From positions 352,001 to 416,000 of the forward strand of contig JBGASG010000001.1 in assembly GCA_044229845.1 (NCBI GenBank): 64,000 bases of DNA, given 5' to 3'. Below, piece by piece: positions 28,557 to 37,796 of the stretch. The position numbers were made by a program, and so were the translations under genes. A model generated the notes under the pieces. That model saw only the letters and a list, made by a program, of their open reading frames with translations. It searched no databases and was not told where the DNA came from. This stretch comes from Candidatus Obscuribacteraceae bacterium. Its GTDB lineage: Bacteria; Cyanobacteriota; Vampirovibrionia; Obscuribacterales; Obscuribacteraceae. Position 1 is the stretch's first letter, and every line of letters starts with the position of its first letter.

Positions 28557-28707
28557 TTCGATTCTCCTTGGGATTTATTAGATCAGGTGCCGGCGCCGTC
28601 GGGGGAGAAACCCTTATGCTTCCGACTGTTGTCAAACCGGGCAAACGAGCCATTCCGCTGCGGGCGAGCCGCAAGTCTGAAAGGCGTAAACCCGGTTCAG
28701 ATAAGGC

Positions 28708-28917
28708 TTAGCGAAGATATTTCCGGTACGGAAACATCGACATGATGTGTTCTTTCAGCTCGGGGGCGAGAGCCGCCCAGCCGCGCAGGTTGCGCTTTTT
28801 GTCCGGCGACTTCCACTCGTTGATGTGGCGTCTGCCCGATTGCTTGCGCAGAATTTTGCCGGTGGCAGTGACCTTAAAGCGGCGTGCAGCGGCTTTGTTG
28901 GTCTTCATCTTAGGCAT
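28708..28917 (-). CDS. rpmI: 50S ribosomal protein L35
   Basis: [21 protein letters not shown]; lies between infC and rplT. Confidence 0.97.
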   Translation of the reverse strand: MPKMKTNKAAARRFKVTATGKILRKQSGRRHINEWKSPDKKRNLRGWAALAPELKEHIMSMFPYRKYLR

Positions 28918-29566
28918 TGTCGTCTGTATCCTGGTTTGCGGCGCCGTTGTCTGATTGAGCTGGAGCTGGGGCTTTCGCGCCTTGTCCGGCGCTCGGGTCA
29001 GTTGGGCGCGGCCGTTGGGGGTTTGGCGAAAGGATCATGATAACACTTTTGCCTTCCAACCTTGGCTCTCTGTCAATGATTGCGTAATCTTTCAGTTCAT
29101 TGAAGAACTTGTTCATCAAAGCCAGAGCCATGCCGGAGTGCTGGACTTCGCGACCGCGCAACATGATCAGCACCTTGACTTTGTCGCCTTCGTTCAAGAA
29201 CTTCTGACTGTTGCGGAGTTTGACCTGATAGTCGTGCTCCTCAATCTTGTAGCGCATCTTGACTTCTTTGACGTCAACGATGTGATGCTTTTTCTTCTGC
29301 TCCCTGGCTTTCTTTTCCAGGTCGAACTTGTAACGCCCGTAATCCATAATTCTCGCTACAGGCGGGTTGGCGTCCGGTTGTACGAGGAAAAGGTCAAGAC
29401 CTTTCTCGCGGGCAGTATTCAGGGCTTCTCTCGTCGGGACAATGCCGAGCTGAGCACCTTCCTCATCAATGAGGCGTACCTCGCGGTCGCGAATACGTTC
29501 ATTCAGTAATGGCAGCTCCCTTTTGGGGTCGCGGGCAGGAGGTTGTCCTCTATTGTCGGTGCTCAA
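28910..29566 (-). CDS. infC: translation initiation factor IF-3
   Basis: [21 protein letters not shown] and GDKVKV; TTG 29566 follows GAGGA; the longer track ORF runs through a tRNA. Confidence 0.95.
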   Translation of the reverse strand: MSTDNRGQPPARDPKRELPLLNERIRDREVRLIDEEGAQLGIVPTREALNTAREKGLDLFLVQPDANPPVARIMDYGRYKFDLEKKAREQKKKHHIVDVKEVKMRYKIEEHDYQVKLRNSQKFLNEGDKVKVLIMLRGREVQHSGMALALMNKFFNELKDYAIIDREPRLEGKSVIMILSPNPQRPRPTDPSAGQGAKAPAPAQSDNGAANQDTDDNA

Positions 29567-29610
29567 GCTATTCGGATGTCCTCGAGGAGGGATAGACGTT
29601 TTATAAAGAT

Positions 29611-29694
29611 TGCCGAAGGTGGGACTTGAACCCACAAGCGCTAAACGCGCACTACGCCCTGAACGTAGCGTGTTTGCCATTTCACCACTTCGGC
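29611..29694 (-). tRNA. tRNA-Leu (CAG)
   Basis: GCCGAAG acceptor, CTACG-TTCAGGG-CGTAG anticodon arm, long variable arm, GTTCAAGTC T-loop; CCA not encoded. Confidence 0.95.
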
Positions 29695-30076
29695 GCGCGA
29701 GTCGCAATTTTAATACAGCTGGGACTGTATTCGCTACTTCTGGAATTGTACCCGGCAATATCGCCGGATGGTCAAGCTCCCGGGAAAATGTTGCTGGTGC
29801 GATTACACGCACAGCGAAGTGCGTATTCACGTACTGACTACACCCCCCTGATTTAGTAAGTTACAGAAACACCGCCCGCACCATTCCCGCAGACCTCTAC
29901 TTTGAGGAGACTCTTTACTACGCTCCGATGGCGATACTACCCGCGGTACCGCCCGGATCCGATCGCTTTATGCACAACCCAGACGGAGAGGGGGCGACGC
30001 TTACGCGGCGCCCTTTCTCTTGCGCGCGCAACCTGCGAGCAGGCTAAAATTCCACCACCTATAAGTGGAATCAGAT

Positions 30077-30880
30077 ATGACAACAGAAGAGATAGTTGCC
30101 AAACTGAAACCGTGGCTGACGAAACATCTGCGACCCGCATGGAAACCGGTTGTAGAAGAGCGCGCCGACGGATCCAGGTGCATGTCGAAGTTTGGCGGCA
30201 TTCCGTACACCACTGCCGAGCACGACTGGCCCGCCTGCACCGAATGCGGGCAGCAAATGCAGCATTTTTTGCAACTCGACCTTCGCGACCTGCCAGCCGA
30301 GCTCGGCGATCGTCACGGCACAGGACTGGTGCAATTGTTTTACTGCACCCGCGGTGACTGCCAGGGCATGGGCGGGTGGTTTCCCTTCGAAGACACGATG
30401 AGCCGGGTACGTGTTCTTCCAATTCCGCTTGCCGAATACGTCGCGCCGGCGGAGATCGAGTCGCAGGAAGAAGAGTTTTCAGAATTTTGCATTGTCGACT
30501 GGCAGAAGTTCGAGGACTCTCCTGCCACCGCAGAGCAGGAAGAACTCGGGCTTGATTTCGATTACGACTTCGACTCGCAGCCGAATCTGGTCAAGGTGAA
30601 GTGTCCGGAACTCCAGTTCGAGAGCGACTACATTGTCGATCCGATGCTGGCGGAAAACATCTCCAGCGCTCAATTCGGCGACAAGTTGTCCGGGTGGCCT
30701 TTATGGGTTCAAAACGTCGAGTATCCCAATTGCCCGCGCTGCCAGACGCGCATGATTCTCTTGTTTCAAATCGACTCGGAAGACAATGTGCCGTTCGGGT
30801 GGGGCGATGCGGGAACGGGACACATCACGCAGTGCCCTGAGCACAAAGATGTGGTGGCATTCGGCTGGGCTTGCGGCTAG
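30077..30880 (+). CDS. YwqG/DUF1963-like protein
   Basis: SKFGGIPY, WPACTECGQQM, KLSGWPLWVQ, LLFQIDS and WGDAG. Confidence 0.85.
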   Translation: MTTEEIVAKLKPWLTKHLRPAWKPVVEERADGSRCMSKFGGIPYTTAEHDWPACTECGQQMQHFLQLDLRDLPAELGDRHGTGLVQLFYCTRGDCQGMGGWFPFEDTMSRVRVLPIPLAEYVAPAEIESQEEEFSEFCIVDWQKFEDSPATAEQEELGLDFDYDFDSQPNLVKVKCPELQFESDYIVDPMLAENISSAQFGDKLSGWPLWVQNVEYPNCPRCQTRMILLFQIDSEDNVPFGWGDAGTGHITQCPEHKDVVAFGWACG

Positions 30881-30882
30881 AT

Positions 30883-31839
30883 CTATTTAGACTGCGCTTC
30901 GCTGCCCTTTGGCGCACCCGGTGCGGCGATTTGCAATTGACCGGCAGCACCGGAAAAACTTGCTACCGGTGTCTGCGTAGCTTGCCGTTCCGCACTGACT
31001 TCGGTGGCGACGGTGGCGGCGGCGACATCAAAAGTTTCTTTCAAACTAGCTGTCTTGCCGAGCTTGCGAGCTGCTTGCATAAACTGATAGGTGAAGGCGC
31101 TGTTGCTCTTTGTTTTGCATTCATAAGAGCGCTCGTTGGACTGGCTCGAGCACAAGATGGCGCGTCCCGCGCCGCCCCAGTCCTGCATTTTTGAATGCCC
31201 TTGTTTTGCGACGCTGCCGCCCGACGCCGCGGCACCACCGCTGTACGAAGCATCGACGATCAGCACTAGACGATGAGCATGGCACCGCGCTTGAATTGAT
31301 TGATAAAGGCTGGCAGCATCGATGCCGGTGCTGAACAACTTGTCGGGCAAGGTGTCGTAGGCGCACAAATAATTCAGGCCTGCCCCGTCGCTGCCGGAGG
31401 CTGTTCCCGCTGTTGAAATGTAAACCACCACCAGGTCGGCAGGTGACGCCACTTGCGGCAGCCAGGTGTTGCCCAACTCGGCTAAGATGCCCGCTCTGGT
31501 CGCCTGATCGTCGGTAAGCAGCTTCACGTGATCGGCTTTGAAGTCACAGTCTCTGGTGAGAAACTGAGCGAAGTCCGTCGCGTCCTTGGCGGCGCCCGGT
31601 AGACTTTCTATGCCCTGGGCGAACTTGCTGACTCCCACCACCAGTGCCCATTTGTCGCGAAAGGCATTTGGGGATGACTCAGGCGGCGCCGATGTTGCTG
31701 ATGCTGCGGGAACGGCAGGCGCGCTTGAAGAAACGGGATCGGCGAAAACATTCGCCGATCCCGAAATAATCAACAGAAACAGACTTGCCACCACATATCG
31801 CAGAATCAGACTTGATTGCAATGTCGGGCGGCGTGTCAT
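30883..31839 (-). CDS. exported caspase-family (C14) protein with a degenerate catalytic dyad
   Basis: Signal-like N-terminus; DKWALVVGVSKF, AKDATDF, LTDDQATR; ISTAG and DASYSG occupy the His and Cys motif positions. Confidence 0.85.
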   Translation of the reverse strand: MTRRPTLQSSLILRYVVASLFLLIISGSANVFADPVSSSAPAVPAASATSAPPESSPNAFRDKWALVVGVSKFAQGIESLPGAAKDATDFAQFLTRDCDFKADHVKLLTDDQATRAGILAELGNTWLPQVASPADLVVVYISTAGTASGSDGAGLNYLCAYDTLPDKLFSTGIDAASLYQSIQARCHAHRLVLIVDASYSGGAAASGGSVAKQGHSKMQDWGGAGRAILCSSQSNERSYECKTKSNSAFTYQFMQAARKLGKTASLKETFDVAAATVATEVSAERQATQTPVASFSGAAGQLQIAAPGAPKGSEAQSK

Positions 31840-31851
31840 GGTTCGCTCTTT

Positions 31852-32097
31852 TTAGCCGTCAGCGGTGTACGGCATGAGGGCTATGTCGCGGGCGCGCTTG
31901 ATGGCGACCGTGAGGAAACGCTGGTGTGATGCACAGTTGCCCGAGATGCGACGGGGCAAAATTTTGCCGCGCTCGGTGACGTACTTCTTCAGTTTGTTCG
32001 GATCTTTGTAGTCGATGTATTCGACTTTGTCGGCGCAGAAGTTGCAGGTTTTTCTACGACGCGGTGCGCCACCGCCTTCTCCAAAATGTCTGGGCAT
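31852..32097 (-). CDS. rpsR: 30S ribosomal protein S18
   Basis: [17 protein letters not shown] and AIKRAR. Confidence 0.98.
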   Translation of the reverse strand: MPRHFGEGGGAPRRRKTCNFCADKVEYIDYKDPNKLKKYVTERGKILPRRISGNCASHQRFLTVAIKRARDIALMPYTADG

Positions 32098-32116
32098 AAG
32101 TTTTTCAATTCCTTAG

Positions 32117-32614
32117 TTAAAACGGGATTTCGTCGTCGCTGGCGAAGATGGCATCGATGTCTTCCTGCTTGTTGGCAGGACGGGCGCCGGCAGCGGCAGG
32201 TTTGCCTGCTGGGGCTCCGGCTTTGACGAATTTCTTCGCGGGCTCACCGCTCTCGTCTGCGTAGCTGGCTGCACCACCGGCGGAGGCAACCACAGCGGTC
32301 AGATTTTCGACGCTGATGGCGTCGATTTCTGCGTCGCGGCGTTTTTGTCCGTCGGAGCTGGTGAAATTGTTGACCTGAAGCCGTCCATCGACTGCTACCA
32401 GATCGCCTTTACGAATTTCATTGGCGCAGCGCTCAGCCAGATCTCTCCAGGTGATGACTCGCACCGATTGCGATTCCACCGTACCATCCGGACGGGGCGG
32501 AGATTCAACTGCAATAGCGAATTCCGTGACCGCCACGTTGGTGTTGGGGGTGAAACGCTTCTCGGGAGCGCGAACCACGCGACCGGAAACAACGATCTTG
32601 CTCATGCTGCTCAT
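32117..32614 (-). CDS. ssb: single-stranded DNA-binding protein
   Basis: KGDLVAVDGRL and DDEIPF tail; lies between rpsF and rpsR. Confidence 0.95.
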   Translation of the reverse strand: MSSMSKIVVSGRVVRAPEKRFTPNTNVAVTEFAIAVESPPRPDGTVESQSVRVITWRDLAERCANEIRKGDLVAVDGRLQVNNFTSSDGQKRRDAEIDAISVENLTAVVASAGGAASYADESGEPAKKFVKAGAPAGKPAAAGARPANKQEDIDAIFASDDEIPF

Positions 32615-32655
32615 GCAGGGCTTACCTCAGAAAGGCGTGTGATGGGGGTATCCGG

Positions 32656-32979
32656 TTAGAGTGACGTTTCCAGTGCAGCTTCTTCCAGGTTGACGATCAG
32701 GAAGCGAATGATGTCTTCGGAAAGGGTCATCATGCGTGCGATCGGCGCCACGACTGACGGTTTGCCTTCAAACCGCGTCATGACGTAGAAGCCATCTCTC
32801 ATTTTGTTTACTTCGTAAGCCAGACGGCGGCGACCTTTCTTGTCGGTTGACATGATGGTAGCGCCCTGGTTTTTGATGAACTCTTCGACTGTAGCAACCG
32901 TGCGGTCCACGGAGTCATCATCGAGGTTCGGACGGACGACAAATACGCATTCGTATTTTCTGGGTTTCGCTTCTGCCAA
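32656..32979 (-). CDS. rpsF: 30S ribosomal protein S6
   Basis: RKYE, GRRRLAYEV and IIRFLI; GGGAGG before TTG. Confidence 0.97.
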   Translation of the reverse strand: MAEAKPRKYECVFVVRPNLDDDSVDRTVATVEEFIKNQGATIMSTDKKGRRRLAYEVNKMRDGFYVMTRFEGKPSVVAPIARMMTLSEDIIRFLIVNLEEAALETSL

Positions 32980-32986
32980 GGTTATT

Positions 32987-33031
32987 ACCTCCCTTCTGGT
33001 CCTAAGCGTCCTGCTTGCGCAGGCAAGGGAA
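32987..33031 (-). promoter_or_regulatory. probable S6:S18-type autoregulatory leader
   Basis: TTCCCTT can pair with AAGGGAG (the SD); inner hairpin CCTGC-GCAA-GCAGG; CCA in the 3' internal loop. Confidence 0.6.
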
Positions 33032-33131
33032 TATGTCCGCCCTAATTGCGGACAAGCGCAGATTTTAACATGGCGGTCGGTTTCGTAGTCTCAACATAGG
33101 CAGATATAGAGCCTTTGATTACACTAACCCT

Positions 33132-34295
33132 GTGACAAAAGGCTCTAAAGGCTCGCAGATAGGCATTATGCAAACGCAACGCACTGTTTTGAAGTCAAGC
33201 TCGACACTGTATCGCTTCACGGGATGGGCGCTTTCCGCTTTGACCGCGCTTTCGATAGCCTCTCAACCGGGACTGGCTCAAGGCTCAGCCGGACCGGGCA
33301 GCGGGAGCGGCATGATGAACACGGGCTTTGCCGGTCATCCCGGGCTCTGGCAGCCGGGACAGTCTCCCATGGGCGAACAGCTGCAGGGCGCCCCGCCGGC
33401 TTTCCAGCCCGGCGGCAGTCATGCCAACAAATATCCAAAGTTTAATCCTGATTTCTGGAAGGGTGGCGGCATCAGCGGCAGCGCGCCGGCCGGCACACCA
33501 GGGCAAATGACAAATTACGTCTCTTCGGGAACGGTCCTTTCGGCAGTCCTCGAACATGACCTGTCTTCTCGCACCGCCAAGAACGGGGATGTGTTCGCTC
33601 TCACATTGGATGATGGGTTTGTCGTCAACGGACGGATGGCGATTGCTCCGCACAGCAAAATCTTGGGTACGGTGGTCAACGCCATACCGGCGAAGTACCA
33701 GAAACACGGTCACGCCGGCAGTCTGGAGATCGCCTTGCAGACGCTGGTGTTGCCGGACGGCAGTCACATGCCGTTTTTCGGCTTTATCGACCAGAACCCC
33801 AATCATTTGCTGTCCGAGCCGCCTAAGAAGCGCTGGGCCGGATTTGATCTCAAAGACTATGCCGGGTCTGTGGCCGGCATGTTCAGCACCATGTTCACGG
33901 GTCCCGGTTGGATTCAAGCGCGTGTGCAACGCGGCAATGAATTTCTGCTCGCCAAAGGCGAACTGTTGCCCGTCCGTCTGACGCGCGGATTGCAGGTGCC
34001 TGAAGTGCAGGTTGCCCAATCGCCGTTGCCCGTCAATCCATCATTGAGCGGCGTGCCGAACGGCGTGCCGAACGGCGTGCCCGGAATGGCTCCGCCGACA
34101 GCGCCGGCAGTCGGCGGTGGCTTTGCACCATCGGCGGTGGCACCAGCGGGCAATTTCCCGGGACCGGTTTCCGGTGCTACAACATCTGCTGACGCCCCCG
34201 CAAGTGGTGGCGCGCCTGGTCTAGCAGATTCTAATGAGATTTTTAACGCGCCGCTGCAGCCCGTGCCTGCAAACCAGCTGCCAGACCCGTTTTAG
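33132..34295 (+). CDS. exported protein with a TrbI/VirB10-like beta domain and Pro/Gly-rich flanks
   Basis: Signal-like segment; GTVLSAVLEHDLSSRTAKNGD..HSKILGTV..GSLEI; GVPN repeat at 34049-34081. Confidence 0.7.
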   Translation: MTKGSKGSQIGIMQTQRTVLKSSSTLYRFTGWALSALTALSIASQPGLAQGSAGPGSGSGMMNTGFAGHPGLWQPGQSPMGEQLQGAPPAFQPGGSHANKYPKFNPDFWKGGGISGSAPAGTPGQMTNYVSSGTVLSAVLEHDLSSRTAKNGDVFALTLDDGFVVNGRMAIAPHSKILGTVVNAIPAKYQKHGHAGSLEIALQTLVLPDGSHMPFFGFIDQNPNHLLSEPPKKRWAGFDLKDYAGSVAGMFSTMFTGPGWIQARVQRGNEFLLAKGELLPVRLTRGLQVPEVQVAQSPLPVNPSLSGVPNGVPNGVPGMAPPTAPAVGGGFAPSAVAPAGNFPGPVSGATTSADAPASGGAPGLADSNEIFNAPLQPVPANQLPDPF

Positions 34296-34346
34296 GCTGA
34301 TAGTCGGACGAGCTTAAATGGTCTAAACGAAGCGTTTTGCTCGCCG

Positions 34347-34577
34347 TCACGCGGCCGAATTATAGGTTTCTCGTTCGGCGGATTTGTTATCGAGCTTGAG
34401 TGTGTTTTTGCGTTTCAATTCCTCAAGCGCTTCTAGATAAATTTCATCCGTATAGGTAACTTCGCCTGCAACCACGTAGGACTCTTCTTCTAGCGTTACT
34501 TTTTCGATTGGACCGATTTTGGCGGCGTCTGTGAGCACTTTGACCGCATCTGCAATCTCTTGTTCTGTCCAGGGCAT
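34347..34577 (-). CDS. small hypothetical protein
   Basis: GAGGAG upstream of ATG; natural-looking 76-aa sequence. Confidence 0.65.
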   Translation of the reverse strand: MPWTEQEIADAVKVLTDAAKIGPIEKVTLEEESYVVAGEVTYTDEIYLEALEELKRKNTLKLDNKSAERETYNSAA

Positions 34578-34716
34578 ACAGGAATCTCCTCGCTACTGCT
34601 GACTTTCACATGTAAATTGACGAAATTCAACAGATTGGTTCCCTGCGTTTCGTCCCTTTGATTTCTCAAAACATGTTCATGTTGAAAAGACCCCGCCCTG
34701 CAATAGTAGGTCTCAA

Positions 34717-36288
34717 ATGATGCCATCTACTGCACAGGTTGCATCCGCAGTGGTTGCCCCTCGCGCCCAGGAGGAGAGGCGCGTCGGGCGCCCTGCCACT
34801 GCACTTCTATTAGGACTTGTCCTAATAGCTTGCGCAGTGCTTTATTTAACGCTCGCCGGCAATTGGCTGAAATTCAGTCGAGCCGAAGTGTTTTTCTCAG
34901 AATGTGCCCGAGAGATGATCGTGCAGGGGAACATGGTCACTCCGCTTTACCACGGGCAGCCATTCTTTGATAAGCCAATCCTCACTTACTGGCTTATCAT
35001 CACCTCCTTCAAAGCACTAGGCGTGAGCCATCTGGCTGCACGCCTTCCTTCTATATTGGCGGCCCTGACGACGCTCGGTATCACGGCTGGTGCCGCGAGC
35101 TGGATCGGACGCACGGCAGGACGCGGTGAAAATCGGGTCGCCCTGTTATCAGTCATGATGCTGGGCTCGTCCTTCATGTTCTTATCTTTCGCCTACCTAT
35201 GTATGTCGGACATGCTGCTCGTCATGTTCGATACGCTCACCATGAGTCTGCTTTTCGCGGGCACCGTGGCAGCCACTCAAAAGCGCCGCGACCTGCTCTT
35301 CTGGGCGGCGTCTTTGAGCGCCGGGCTGGCGTTTCTGGTTAAAGGACCGGTGGGCATCGCGCTGCCGGCAGTTTCCTTCCTTATATATCTGGGTTTGACC
35401 AGGCAACTGTCTTTGTTGAAACCGCGCCACTTCGCTCTCGGACTGGTTACAGCGGCGATGGTGGCATTTCCCTGGTTTTTGAGCGCCTACCAGGCCAATG
35501 GCTCCTGGTCGCTGGCTTACTTCTTTTTCCGTGAAAACTTTCAAAGATTCGCCGGTTCGACATATGACACGCACAAACCGATCTGGTTCATGGTGCAATC
35601 GCTCTTCTTAGGTTTCTTGCCATGGTCGATCTTAGTACCGCCGGCGCTCTATGCATTCGCGCGCCCAGTGCGCGCCCGCGAAGTCTGCCATCCGCAGCTG
35701 TTTCTCTGGACCTGGGTGGCCACTGTGACCCTCTTCTTCAGCCTGTCGCGCGGCAAAATCGACTATTACGAATTGCCTGCTTACCCGGCGCTGGCGATTC
35801 TGGTGGCACTTTATTTGACCGACGAGAAGTTGAGCGCCAAGATGCGGCGCGGTATTTCAATCGCGGTGGCTTCGATTTTCGTGGCTGTAGTTGCCGGCGG
35901 CACATATTACGCGACCGTCTTTTTGCCGGCCATGGTCAAGAATCAATCCCTGGCTCTCTACTCGCAATGGGCTAAGGAAGCCACTCCCGGAGCGCCGATT
36001 GGCGTGCACTCGCGCATTCATTATTGGCGCGACGAGATCACTTTCCAGAGCGGACGCGAAGTCACCGAAGTGAAGGACGCCGACGCGGCGCTGGCGATGC
36101 TGAAAACGCCGGGCGCGCTGATCATAGTACCGGATACGGTGTACGCCGAGATTCAGAAAACGAACGCCAAAGTGCAGGTGCTCGATATTCGCGAAGTCGC
36201 ATCCAAGCCGTTCACTCCCAAATTGTTGTTTGATAAGCGCGGCAAATTGAACGACCTGGTGCTCTATACACTGATAGCCACCAAATAG
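34717..36288 (+). CDS. ArnT/GT39-like membrane glycosyltransferase
   Basis: AREM, FFDKPILTYW, AARLPS, LVKGPVG and YYELPAYP. Confidence 0.9.
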   Translation: MMPSTAQVASAVVAPRAQEERRVGRPATALLLGLVLIACAVLYLTLAGNWLKFSRAEVFFSECAREMIVQGNMVTPLYHGQPFFDKPILTYWLIITSFKALGVSHLAARLPSILAALTTLGITAGAASWIGRTAGRGENRVALLSVMMLGSSFMFLSFAYLCMSDMLLVMFDTLTMSLLFAGTVAATQKRRDLLFWAASLSAGLAFLVKGPVGIALPAVSFLIYLGLTRQLSLLKPRHFALGLVTAAMVAFPWFLSAYQANGSWSLAYFFFRENFQRFAGSTYDTHKPIWFMVQSLFLGFLPWSILVPPALYAFARPVRAREVCHPQLFLWTWVATVTLFFSLSRGKIDYYELPAYPALAILVALYLTDEKLSAKMRRGISIAVASIFVAVVAGGTYYATVFLPAMVKNQSLALYSQWAKEATPGAPIGVHSRIHYWRDEITFQSGREVTEVKDADAALAMLKTPGALIIVPDTVYAEIQKTNAKVQVLDIREVASKPFTPKLLFDKRGKLNDLVLYTLIATK

Positions 36289-36312
36289 GCACGAAATACG
36301 AAATAGATTTAG

Positions 36313-37164
36313 CTAAGTCGACTGCTGTTTCTTGAGATAAGTGGCCGTCAACGCCAGCAATTTAAATGCACCATCGACTCGATCCAGTGCATCGTCGAGA
36401 AACGCTTGCCGCTCTTCCGCCATTCTCTCGTCAAGCGCCTCGCCGGCGCCGCCTTTGGCGACAGAGACGGTTTCCAGTTCTTCCACTGCGGAACCCAACC
36501 TTTCAAGATATCCGGGTAGAGACTCAGCATCCAGTTCGCCTTGGTGCGTGAGTAATTGCTGGAAGGCTTCGAAGACGGATGCTTCCAGTGTTTCCAGCTT
36601 GTCGGTGAGCGTTTGCAGATCGCTGCCCATGGTGGCGGTTGACGGCGAGTCTGCCGGCTGATCGGCTGGCGCGTCTCCGGCAGTCACCTGCTTCAGCAGA
36701 TCCTGCATGCCCAGCGCCACCTCCACGAAAGTTGTGGAACGCTCCTTGGTCAATTTGGGCAGCGCGCGCATCATGATCTTCTGCAGGTAAAGACGCGTGA
36801 TTAGCGATTCGGTCCGGCAATAGATGTCCCATGTCTGCGTCAGCTTCTCTTTGAAGCGGGTCTGCTCCTCTTTCAGTTCGGCGGCCGATTGCAGGAAATG
36901 CTGGCGCTTAGTCTCACACTGAACGACCATGTCGGCGTGGCCACGGGCGGCGTAGTCTTCGGCGCGGGCGTGCCAGGTAGCGGCAGAGTCTTCGTGACGC
37001 CTCACATAGACGCCCAGTCGTTGCACTTTGGCCAGCGAGTCTGCGTTCTGCTCTTTCCAGGTCTCCCAGAAAGCAGTGAGCTTCGTCCAGACCCGATCGA
37101 CGCTGCCGTCGGCACCAAAGAAGAGCTCCGACAGCCCTTTGCGCAACGAATCGGTGTTTTTCAT
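36313..37164 (-). CDS. coiled-coil protein, weakly PspA/IM30-like
   Basis: ATG 37164 overlaps the upstream TGA; WHARAEDYAARGHAD; the track extension to 37491 overlaps another gene. Confidence 0.65.
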   Translation of the reverse strand: MKNTDSLRKGLSELFFGADGSVDRVWTKLTAFWETWKEQNADSLAKVQRLGVYVRRHEDSAATWHARAEDYAARGHADMVVQCETKRQHFLQSAAELKEEQTRFKEKLTQTWDIYCRTESLITRLYLQKIMMRALPKLTKERSTTFVEVALGMQDLLKQVTAGDAPADQPADSPSTATMGSDLQTLTDKLETLEASVFEAFQQLLTHQGELDAESLPGYLERLGSAVEELETVSVAKGGAGEALDERMAEERQAFLDDALDRVDGAFKLLALTATYLKKQQST

Positions 37165-37766
37165 TTGATGATTTTGAAGGTATTGAAAAACTCGTTGGCG
37201 TCCGCAGAATTGACTTCGTCTTTGGAGCCCACGCAAATCATGCGGTAAGAGATCTGCAGATTCTTGTCCAGGTAATTGCGAATGCGGTAATACTTGCCAT
37301 CGCGGGTGGTGCCTTCCACGTGCGTGCCGAAGTAAGTGCCGTCGTCGCTGCTCACCGGATAGGTCTTGGTGGGGGTGGGCAACGCCTGAATGTCGTTTTT
37401 CATCATCAAGATTTCCGACTGCTTGAGGCGCTTCAGATTCTTCGGTTCCCACACCATGGTGTTGGGTATCTTCACCGTGGCTATCACACACGTGAGATTG
37501 GGCGTCTCGTATTTGACGCGCTGTCTGGCATTGGTGGTGGTGATTTGGTACTCGCGGTTGTGCACCGGCGCGCCGGGTATCTTGACGTCGAAGTTACCCT
37601 TTGGCGCGTTGTACATGTGGGTGTTGGGCTCGAAGGTAGCCCCCTCGTCACCGGGAGACGGTGCCCAGTACTCGCCCAAACCTTCGGTATGCTGCGAAAT
37701 ACAACCAGCCAGCGGAATCACCGCCAGCAATGCCGTTATCGCAATACCTATCTTCCACCGCCTCAC
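37161..37766 (-). CDS. lipoprotein, hypothetical
   Basis: Signal peptide with LAGC lipobox. Confidence 0.75.
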   Translation of the reverse strand: MRRWKIGIAITALLAVIPLAGCISQHTEGLGEYWAPSPGDEGATFEPNTHMYNAPKGNFDVKIPGAPVHNREYQITTTNARQRVKYETPNLTCVIATVKIPNTMVWEPKNLKRLKQSEILMMKNDIQALPTPTKTYPVSSDDGTYFGTHVEGTTRDGKYYRIRNYLDKNLQISYRMICVGSKDEVNSADANEFFNTFKIIK

Positions 37767-37796
37767 TAAACAGTCGAGACCTTTGACAGTGGGGGG

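Noticed and set aside
29567..29830. N-terminal extension of IF-3
   Set aside because: It runs through tRNA-Leu; TTG 29566 with an SD is the better start.
33132..34295. Type IV secretion/conjugation locus
   Set aside because: Only a lone TrbI-like domain is present, with no other T4SS genes.
37165..37491. His-rich N-terminal extension of the 36313 ORF
   Set aside because: It is an alternate frame of the upstream lipoprotein gene; the ATGA overlap at 37161-37164 marks the real start.
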